Shown: piece after piece, positions 9,173 to 16,842 of the stretch
Numbering within the stretch: position 1 is the first letter of the stretch
Layout of the letters: the number at the start of each line of letters is the position of its first letter
Source of the DNA: an uncultured virus (IMG/VR IMGVR_UViG_3300025671_000040)
Taxonomy: Duplodnaviria; Heunggongvirae; Uroviricota; Caudoviricetes
Strand: one strand, 5' to 3'
DNA: 59,926 nucleotides
IMG/VR virus record: IMGVR_UViG_3300025671_000040
The notes under the pieces: generated by a model
Seen by the model: only the letters and a program-made list of their open reading frames with translations
What the model was told of the DNA's origin: nothing
Databases searched by the model: none
Position numbers and translations under genes: made by a program

Positions 9173-9547
9173 CTAACGTGGCTTATACAAGCTAGCGTTA
9201 GCTACCTCACCAGCTAAAGACTTAATAGTCTTGTACGCATCTTGACTGCCAACCCGTTCGGACCAATCCACGATGTCTTCCCCAACAAACATCTCAATAG
9301 CTTCCCAACACCTGATAAAGTTAGCTCTTTTGTTAGCAGGGATATTATCTAAAAGTTCGTCAAAATTATTAGACAGGTTGCGCTCGGGCATCAAACCAAC
9401 AAAGACAGCAATCGCTGCAGGCAAAGAAAGCCGCTTCTCATCATCTATCGGAACAGTCTCCGCTAAGCCATGCTTACAACAAGCTGCAACCATAAGCAAC
9501 TCATGCTGCACACCATGAAGCCTTAAATCTCTCAAAGAAAAAGCCAT
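9173..9547 (-). CDS. Hypothetical protein
   Basis: Start reassigned to MAFSLRD (9547) because TTGACT-18-TATGAT-6-ATG lies directly upstream. Confidence 0.6.
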   Translation of the reverse strand: MAFSLRDLRLHGVQHELLMVAACCKHGLAETVPIDDEKRLSLPAAIAVFVGLMPERNLSNNFDELLDNIPANKRANFIRCWEAIEMFVGEDIVDWSERVGSQDAYKTIKSLAGEVANASLYKPR

Positions 9548-9747
9548 ATGCATATCATAACGTAAAAAGCGGGGTTCAGTCAAACTGACCAAACCCCGCC
9601 CTAGACGTGCGATTGCTTTTACGGCTACCGGCACGTTAGCCGATAATCACAATCTCCTCCTTCGGGGTTAGTCAAATTTGCCGGTACACAAATACTTTAA
9701 CTTCCCAAATTACGCCAGATTGCAACTTTGCATATTATAATATCCCG

Positions 9748-9873
9748 TTATCTACCGCACCATGTTAGGAGTTTGTCGATATCCATTGCAGGCGTCTTCT
9801 CAATGCCGCCCACAACAATATTACAAATGTGGCACAGCAGTCCACGCACCTCGCCAGTATCGTGGTATAGCAT
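9748..9873 (-). pseudogene. Truncated endonuclease VII-family (homing endonuclease) remnant
   Basis: Hand translation MLYHDTGEVRGLLCHICNIVVGGIEK...; C-terminal half of EndoVII only, lacks the N-terminal CxxC and intact DH motif. Confidence 0.65.
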
Positions 9874-9908
9874 CAGAATGTACTGGTGGCGCTTACTACG
9901 CCACTAGG

Positions 9909-11858
9909 TCATCTCACGGGACAACTTCCCGTTGAGCATTCGGCGTCAAACTCATCGTCCGACATGATCGTGGAACCTGACAGCTTCTCACCAAGCTGTG
10001 ACGTAGTGCTGAGCACATGCTCGTACTCTTCCTTAGTCAACTCGCCCATCGGGGCCTGATCGAAACCATGCTCGCTGTGCAGCAAGAACGAAACGGACTT
10101 CATCTCGCTCCAATGCTCCGCAAGGTACTCACGAATACCATCAAGTTCTTCGCTCTTGTAGTAGACAGTCACCGAAATGGCGTTGTCTGACCACACCTTC
10201 TGGAGACGACGAACAAGGTCCATCTGCTCAATCGCAGTCATGTCCTTAGCTTCGATCGTCCCGTCAGGGAACGCACACGGGAACTCTACAACAACAGTCC
10301 GGTCATCTTCTGAGCCATCAAAGTTGCGGAGAGGCTCAACGTAGAAGCCCTTCGACTTGCAGTAGTTGACAAGAACGTCGGTGGAAGCCATACGCATACG
10401 CTTCACAAAGTACTGGCTAAAGCCGGGGTGAACGCCAGGGGTTACACCCGGAAGAAGGCTCAGCGTGCCAGAAGGCTTGATCGTGGTAAGACGTACAGAC
10501 TCAGGCCAGCCACGCTCTTCTGACCACTCGGCATCAAACTCACGCAGAGCGACATAGGTGTCGTCCAGCCAATCAATCTTTTCCATGGCCTGCGTCACGC
10601 CAGTGATACCTAGGCCGAGACGCATGTTTGTTGACGTGATCTTGTCTGAAGCAGGGTCAAGGTAAGACAGCGCCGCTGTCGCCTTCTGGACCTTGTACAG
10701 CAACTGAGACACGTCCTGAAGCTCTTCCGACGAGTCAATCATCGGCAAGAAAATCTCAGACAAGTTACAAGACTCACGGTTAGCCAACGGGATTTCAGCG
10801 CAAGGGTTGACGCCCACAATCGACGGATCGGGACGCTCTTCGCCCATACGCCCAAACTGGCGTGAAGCTTCGAGGTTGAAGAACCCGTACGGCTCACCAT
10901 TACCCTTGTAGCCTTCCCAAATAAGCTCCGGCATGTCCTGCATCTGTTCCGGAGAAACGAAAACAGTGTTGTTTGACATGGCTCGCTCAATCGGAATATC
11001 GCCAAGGTCCCAACGCTTCGCCATCAGGTAATCTTCATCGTCTAGACGGCCAACAGCAATTTCAGCGCTGCGGCGAACGTTACCGGCGACAACGATAGAG
11101 CCAATGATGTTCATGCAGTCAAGAACCTCAACTGAAGTCATCGTGCGACCAACCGCACCGTCAAGAACGGCACAAATCTTCTCAATACCCGAAACGAGAA
11201 TATCGGGACCTGAAGCAGTGCCGCCGAACGTCTTAATAGGTACACCCGCCTTGCGGATCAGGTGAGTAGCGTACGTCATCTTACGAGGATTGTCGTCGTC
11301 GCCCAAGTAGCACTCAAAGACCTTCCGGACTGCTTCGCCCCAACCCTCACGGGTATCAGGCACTATGAAATCAGAATCGTCAGCGTCATGATGCTCAACC
11401 CAAGCTGAACGAACAACACCCAGACGCTCAGGCTTATCGCAAGAGAAGCCCACACCGCCGCCAAGCATCAGCCGCTCTACGGCCCAAGAAAAATCCGTGG
11501 GCTTCTGAACATCAACAAACCAGCAGTTGACCAGACTATCGCCACCCAAACGCTTGTTGTTCGGGGTACCCATCTGCCAAAGCATTCGGCCAGCAACGGA
11601 AGCCTTCAAGTTGAACAGATAGTCATAGAGGCGGACAGCCTCATCTTCCGACAACTGCGCCCCAATATCCTGAGCGCCGTTAACGACACGCTGAATCGTT
11701 TCGTGCCATTCCTCAGTACGAACAATTGTGTCGCCCTCAAAAATAGGGCGAGCATAGGTCCGCTTGTAAACAATATAGCCTAATCCGTTAAATCCCCACG
11801 GAGGCATCTTATCAGCATATGAGGCGGCATGGTCGTCGGAAATAAAAAAGGGGTCCAC
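9909..11858 (-). CDS. nrdJ: Class II (adenosylcobalamin-dependent) ribonucleotide reductase, monomeric RTPR type
   Basis: YKRTYAR, LVNCWF, GNVRRSAEI, NPCAEI, TIKPSGTLSLL, C-terminal CSTGSCPVR; no beta subunit nearby. Confidence 0.93.
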   Translation of the reverse strand: MDPFFISDDHAASYADKMPPWGFNGLGYIVYKRTYARPIFEGDTIVRTEEWHETIQRVVNGAQDIGAQLSEDEAVRLYDYLFNLKASVAGRMLWQMGTPNNKRLGGDSLVNCWFVDVQKPTDFSWAVERLMLGGGVGFSCDKPERLGVVRSAWVEHHDADDSDFIVPDTREGWGEAVRKVFECYLGDDDNPRKMTYATHLIRKAGVPIKTFGGTASGPDILVSGIEKICAVLDGAVGRTMTSVEVLDCMNIIGSIVVAGNVRRSAEIAVGRLDDEDYLMAKRWDLGDIPIERAMSNNTVFVSPEQMQDMPELIWEGYKGNGEPYGFFNLEASRQFGRMGEERPDPSIVGVNPCAEIPLANRESCNLSEIFLPMIDSSEELQDVSQLLYKVQKATAALSYLDPASDKITSTNMRLGLGITGVTQAMEKIDWLDDTYVALREFDAEWSEERGWPESVRLTTIKPSGTLSLLPGVTPGVHPGFSQYFVKRMRMASTDVLVNYCKSKGFYVEPLRNFDGSEDDRTVVVEFPCAFPDGTIEAKDMTAIEQMDLVRRLQKVWSDNAISVTVYYKSEELDGIREYLAEHWSEMKSVSFLLHSEHGFDQAPMGELTKEEYEHVLSTTSQLGEKLSGSTIMSDDEFDAECSTGSCPVR

Positions 11859-11985
11859 AGTACGTTCTCCTTGTGGTGTAGTGATGTTCTGAAAAGAGGT
11901 GGTTTTAGTATTCTAGGGGGGTTGACGTATCTTCCGGCGTCAAGTTATCACGAGATTGGAAGAAATCAAACCTATTTGTCACAGA

Positions 11986-12720
11986 TTATTCTGTCAGTTC
12001 AGCTAGCCGCCTAGCTAAATCTTCTCTGTTGGAGAACAACAAGAAGATGCCCGCCGCTTGAGTATTTATGGAAAGAACTCCATCTGATTCGTTATCTAAA
12101 TAGATGTTAAACAAACCAACTTCTGCAAGCTTTAACAAAATTCCAATCAGTAACAAATCATCTAGAGGGATATTCTTACTAGCCTTCAAGTATTCGACTA
12201 GGAACCCTATCTTAGTGGATGTCTGCCCCATAGTCAACAAGGCTTTCAATATCTCTCCAGAAATAGTTTCCCACTCACCAAACAAAGCCAACGAAGGCCG
12301 AACAGCGGCGTATCTAAACATGGAAGAAGACCTTGCCGACAAGCACACAGCCGCATCCAACGCAGCACCATTCGACTCGTTCACAGCAAGAAATAACACC
12401 CCATTGTCCTGCAACTCTAACGCTTCCAGAGACTGACGATCATACAAACAGTCAACCAAACAAAACTCGCTCGCCACACCAATAACAGCCTCAGTTTCAC
12501 CCAACGAATACATATCTTCTCTGGAATCTTTATTCGCAACAGCATGCATCAACAACAACAGATCAAACTTTTCGTTGTCAACCAGACCATTGCGGGTAAC
12601 AAGATATTCCACAACATTCGTCAACCCGTACAAAAGAAACGGATCAATCGCCTCCAACAAATCAACATCATGCTGAGTCCACACAGGAAACGGAATGTCG
12701 TCGTCATCGAATATAGGCAT
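11986..12720 (-). CDS. Hypothetical protein
   Basis: 244-aa ORF; TGnTATAAT 6 nt upstream of ATG (leaderless). Confidence 0.7.
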   Translation of the reverse strand: MPIFDDDDIPFPVWTQHDVDLLEAIDPFLLYGLTNVVEYLVTRNGLVDNEKFDLLLLMHAVANKDSREDMYSLGETEAVIGVASEFCLVDCLYDRQSLEALELQDNGVLFLAVNESNGAALDAAVCLSARSSSMFRYAAVRPSLALFGEWETISGEILKALLTMGQTSTKIGFLVEYLKASKNIPLDDLLLIGILLKLAEVGLFNIYLDNESDGVLSINTQAAGIFLLFSNREDLARRLAELTE

Positions 12721-12770
12721 GCCCTTATTATAACAAAGGACCCCTCAACCAAAGCCGAAAGGTAAATAAG

Positions 12771-12800
12771 AAAACCCCCGGCCCAAACGGACCGGGGGTT
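12771..12800 (-). terminator. Intrinsic terminator after the major capsid gene
   Basis: Minus strand AACCCCCGG-TCCGTTTGGG-CCGGGGGTTTT hairpin followed by a U tract. Confidence 0.75.
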
Positions 12801-12834
12801 CTCAACTTATCCAACTACCCCGAAGGGACTAGGA

Positions 12835-14124
12835 TCAGCTCGGTTCGGCGTCGAAGGTGACCTTGACGAACGCTTCCGGACGCTTGACAGCGAGGGCCAG
12901 ACGCTCTTCAGCAAGCACCACGATGGCGTTGCGGACGAAGAAGTCTGAGTGCTGCTCCGAAATACGGATCGTAGCCGCCTCACGGTCGTAAAGCTGAGCG
13001 CCAGTGCCGAAAGCGCCGACAAGAGCGGTGCCTGAAGCAATAGCAGGAGTGTCGATGACGGGGATACGCCAAACACGTGACTCAGCGCCACCGGCAACTG
13101 ACATCGCAAGCAGGTAGGTGCCCTGCGAGTTCTTGGTCAGCTCGATGTCTTCCCAATCTGACGGGTGGACGATGATGCCGGTCGGCTCGTAGTAGGCAAG
13201 GTATGCCAGAGTAGCCGCACGACGGAGAGCATCGGCCTTGGTGTCAGCGACAGGTGAAGTTTCACCAGCAGACCATGCGTAGGTCTGAACGTCGGTGGTG
13301 TTGAGGATACCAGTAAGGTCCTCGCCAGTACCGGCACCGTTCAGGATCTGCTCGTCCTCGTGAAGACGGAGACCGTAAAGAAGCTCGTTGTCGATGATTG
13401 AACGCAGCTGCGGCTCATCGGCAAGAACGTTACGGTGGGCAGCTTCCCAGTGAGCGATGGTACGGACCGGAGCCTGCTCACCAACGAAGGTCATCGTTGA
13501 CTGAGGCTTCGCACCAAAGTTACCGCTGGAGTACTCCGGAACAACTGAAGCGTTGTTCGTGAAGCCAGTCTGGCGGAAGTACTCAACCACGGCGGCGTTA
13601 GTAGTACGTGCCGGGAACAGGTCACGGACACGGCTACGACGCTGAGCAATCGGGACAATGCCGTCACGCTCAACCGCACCGAAGGAAGCAGGATCACCCG
13701 TGGGCAGCCCTGAGTAAAGGTCCTTCTGGGAAAGTGACTTGGCCTGGAAAGGCGAAACCATGTTTACGCCAGCCTTGCCGCCCTGAAGTGACTTAAACTC
13801 GTCAGAAGCAAGGAAAGCCTCACCAACTGACTTGGCGTGGGTAGCGACTTCGCGCTCAACACCAGCAGCTACCTCAGCGGCAACTGACTTGTACTCGGCC
13901 TCTGAGGACCAAGCCGAAACGTCACGAAGTGAAGTAATGCCCTCAATGAGGCCCTTCATCTCGTTAATCTCAGCCATGTTTGACTGGAAAGCAGCCTTCT
14001 TTTCCGCATCAGCGATAACTGTGGTGCCTTCCACCTGCATCGAATCAACGATCTCCTGCTGCTCAGCCATCTTAGCTGACAGAGCAGTCTTGACCTCGTT
14101 GAGCCGACTCTCATCAAAACTCAT
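12835..14124 (-). CDS. Major capsid protein, HK97 family, with N-terminal delta (scaffold) domain
   Basis: VRTIAHW..LADEPQLRSIID..EDEQILNGAGTGEDLTGILN; FVRNAIVVLAEERLALAVKRPEAFVK; SD AAGGAG. Confidence 0.95.
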   Translation of the reverse strand: MSFDESRLNEVKTALSAKMAEQQEIVDSMQVEGTTVIADAEKKAAFQSNMAEINEMKGLIEGITSLRDVSAWSSEAEYKSVAAEVAAGVEREVATHAKSVGEAFLASDEFKSLQGGKAGVNMVSPFQAKSLSQKDLYSGLPTGDPASFGAVERDGIVPIAQRRSRVRDLFPARTTNAAVVEYFRQTGFTNNASVVPEYSSGNFGAKPQSTMTFVGEQAPVRTIAHWEAAHRNVLADEPQLRSIIDNELLYGLRLHEDEQILNGAGTGEDLTGILNTTDVQTYAWSAGETSPVADTKADALRRAATLAYLAYYEPTGIIVHPSDWEDIELTKNSQGTYLLAMSVAGGAESRVWRIPVIDTPAIASGTALVGAFGTGAQLYDREAATIRISEQHSDFFVRNAIVVLAEERLALAVKRPEAFVKVTFDAEPS

Positions 14125-14310
14125 GTTTATCTCCTTAAGGTATTTAACATGTTTTACTGTTTAATGACAGGCGACCCAACACAATGTGGTAACACCGGTC
14201 AAATATTATGCTATCATCAACGTAAAGTAAACCACGGGAACTTTTCTAAGTTTCTGCAGCTACTGTTACAAGCAATAGTCTATTGTATAGCAAAAATGAA
14301 ATCCACTAGC

Positions 14311-15828
14311 TTACGATTTAGTTCTACGTGGATGCTTCTTAGGGAGAAGGTCATTATCGGTTGTATACTTAGGATTCGACGGTTTACCGCTAGACACGAG
14401 TTTCAAGAATGCGTTGACACGACCCATAGCCCACTGCTGACGACCCATCTTTGGGCGGTGAGTAGCCGAGAAAGCACCGGCACCTCTACGCCAAACAGCC
14501 TTAAGCATACCTAACGTCACCTTGCGTTCAGGCTTGTTACGCTTCTCCATCTTCTCATTATGCTCTTTGACCTTGTTTTTCAAGGAAGTCTCAACCGCAG
14601 CCGAAAGCTTAATCCCTCCACGGGTACTAGCCGCCGTTCCCGGCTTGTTTCGTCTAGACCCCCGGATACGTTCCGAAGGCTTCGCTGGCGTCTTAGGATC
14701 GTTTGGCCCATAACGTCTAGCTGCTTTTTGACGAGTCTTCCAATTCTCAGGAATCAACTCGGTGCGTCCTAAAGCCCTGGCACGCTTCATGATATGCTTT
14801 TTGGTAGCCTCACGATTCTTGCCCAAACCATAAGCCTGGATAGCGTTACGCAAATCCCCGACATCCCGAATCGGGAACGAACCGTCAGGTAACGCCCAAC
14901 CACGCTTCGCATACTCCATCCGGCGAGCACGCGTGTAGTAACGTTTTTCTTCAATTGAGTTAAACGACTTTTCGGTACCTTCGACACGGGCAACAATATT
15001 CTTGGCCCATGTATATCCGGTATCGCCACCCCACAAAGCATGAGCAATTCTACCATTAGAAGGGAAACCTTTTTCACCCGGTCTAAACCCGTCAGCGTTT
15101 GCATCAGACTGATGTCTATCGAAAAACGCCTTCATCCTCTTTACAGTCTTGTACGGAAGATTCTTGCCATTCGCAATGTCCCTAGCACGAGCGATACCTA
15201 CAGCAGTACCCCCACGTTTAAACTCTTTACGCCACGCCAATGCTCGCTTCGCTTCTTCTACCATACCCTTCGTGGGGGTAAACGAATCAGAAGCCGTAAC
15301 AGATTTAGCCGAAACCAAGCCACCACCCGGCAACGTCTCAATGCCTCGTGGCCCACGCTCACGAAGTTTTTCCCACGCACGTAAATCTGTAGCAACACGA
15401 CGAGTTGGTCTTTGCAACCTCAAAACCGGTGAACCGCCGATACTCAAATGGCCGTGAGCCGCATTGTAATCTTCAGGAGTCATGCACGGCGCCCAAACCC
15501 CTTGCCGGGTCTGATGCGCACCGGCACACCCCATCTTGCTTGCGGCCTGTTCTGCAGCTTCACGAGTCGGGAACTTGTTCTTCCCTTTACCCTTCGCTTT
15601 CAACTCTAAAAAGTCGTAGAAGTTTTTCTTCTTCTGTTGCCGCTTCTTCCACTCACGAAAAGCAGGGTTACCGACCCGGATCAGCTTCTTCAGATCCTTA
15701 GGTGACTCACACGGACCCCAAGCATCGTCGCCCACTTTGTGTGCTCCCGAACAACCCAAAATCTTCGACAGCTCTTTTGCCATCTCTTCTGTAGGAACTG
15801 TCTGACCTTCCAAAGGATCTTTAGCCAT
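14311..15828 (-). CDS. Modular head-associated protein: two DUF3721-like Cys/His modules, a GGTAVG..ALWGG domain, a DUF6582-like and a DUF5824-like domain
   Basis: GCSGAH..WGPC and GCAGAH..WAPC; ALPDGSFPI..DLRNAIQAYG; LKAVWRRGAGAF..HRP..QQWAMGRVNAF..DNDL; start MAKDPL with SD. Confidence 0.7.
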   Translation of the reverse strand: MAKDPLEGQTVPTEEMAKELSKILGCSGAHKVGDDAWGPCESPKDLKKLIRVGNPAFREWKKRQQKKKNFYDFLELKAKGKGKNKFPTREAAEQAASKMGCAGAHQTRQGVWAPCMTPEDYNAAHGHLSIGGSPVLRLQRPTRRVATDLRAWEKLRERGPRGIETLPGGGLVSAKSVTASDSFTPTKGMVEEAKRALAWRKEFKRGGTAVGIARARDIANGKNLPYKTVKRMKAFFDRHQSDANADGFRPGEKGFPSNGRIAHALWGGDTGYTWAKNIVARVEGTEKSFNSIEEKRYYTRARRMEYAKRGWALPDGSFPIRDVGDLRNAIQAYGLGKNREATKKHIMKRARALGRTELIPENWKTRQKAARRYGPNDPKTPAKPSERIRGSRRNKPGTAASTRGGIKLSAAVETSLKNKVKEHNEKMEKRNKPERKVTLGMLKAVWRRGAGAFSATHRPKMGRQQWAMGRVNAFLKLVSSGKPSNPKYTTDNDLLPKKHPRRTKS

Positions 15829-15832
15829 GTTA

Positions 15833-16408
15833 CTATCCTTGCTCTTCGCTAGGAACAACCCCGCCACTTAATTTGATAAAATCTTGAACATACTTAGGGT
15901 CTTTCTCTTTCTCGACCTTGTTAAGTATCGCATAACTATATTCTAGTATCTCTCGCTGCGTTGCATCGTCAATATCCGCTTCTGCACCGGGCATGTTGAT
16001 ATTAATACCCCACCCGAAAAATACAGCCTCCATAAAGGCATCAACATCGGCAGGAATAAGCAAGCCAGTGTTAGATGAAAAGAAAAAGATGTAATCTGCC
16101 AACTCGCCGTCAGACATGGCCTCAATGCGCTGCTTTGTTAACATCGCCTTAGCGTTGAACTCATCAATAGCTGTGTACGCCTCAGAGTATTCTGACCTGT
16201 CAATCTCGGACAGCTCAGGAAAGAAGAACCTGAGGCGCTGCTCGGTGAACATGGGAGTATCAATCTCACGAAGCTTCTCTATCTCAGCAAACACACGATC
16301 AACCTTGGCTTGACTGTGCATAGTTGAATGCGCCTCAGCAGACCGAGGATCCTGCACCCGAATAATGACGAAAGCATCATCTGTCGTCTTGTAGTACGTC
16401 TCGTTCAT
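15833..16408 (-). CDS. Hypothetical protein
   Basis: 191-aa ORF overlapping the upstream stop. Confidence 0.7.
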   Translation of the reverse strand: MNETYYKTTDDAFVIIRVQDPRSAEAHSTMHSQAKVDRVFAEIEKLREIDTPMFTEQRLRFFFPELSEIDRSEYSEAYTAIDEFNAKAMLTKQRIEAMSDGELADYIFFFSSNTGLLIPADVDAFMEAVFFGWGININMPGAEADIDDATQREILEYSYAILNKVEKEKDPKYVQDFIKLSGGVVPSEEQG

Positions 16409-16611
16409 ACGTCAACTTCCTCAATTCGCCACATGGCCGCAGAACGACCAAGCATATCACTAATGCTCCTAAACTCTTTACCGTCAGCCCACCGCACCAT
16501 GTCTAAGTGGAGCTGAGGGTCAGCAAACTGCATATCAATCATTTTTTCGTTCTCAAAAACCACGTATCCGTAGTTCTTGCCGTTGAAGTAGAAATTATGC
16601 CGCTTCGCCAT
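16405..16611 (-). CDS. Hypothetical protein
   Basis: Small ORF in a tightly packed operon. Confidence 0.55.
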   Translation of the reverse strand: MAKRHNFYFNGKNYGYVVFENEKMIDMQFADPQLHLDMVRWADGKEFRSISDMLGRSAAMWRIEEVDV

Positions 16612-16837
16612 TTGAATCACCTGTAGTTATATTAGCATCATTCGGGTTTTCAGTCTGTGCCTGAATAGTCTTCTCGAACGCATCTGCCAGAGAACTAAAA
16701 CCAGCTTCTCTTAAAAATGGGATGAGATCAACATAATCTGATATCGACAAAACATCTTCTTCACCGGGGTCATCAAAATCAGGGTCACCCGGATCATCAA
16801 AATCAACATCTAGAAGCGAATCTTCAAAATTACTCAT
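16595..16837 (-). CDS. Small acidic hypothetical protein
   Basis: DFDDPG repeated; follows the 857-aa gene directly. Confidence 0.55.
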   Translation of the reverse strand: MSNFEDSLLDVDFDDPGDPDFDDPGEEDVLSISDYVDLIPFLREAGFSSLADAFEKTIQAQTENPNDANITTGDSNGEAA

Positions 16838-16842
16838 CGTTA

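Noticed and set aside
11860..11985. Possible cobalamin riboswitch or NrdR box upstream of nrdJ
   Set aside because: The gap is short and shows no B12-box or NrdR consensus.
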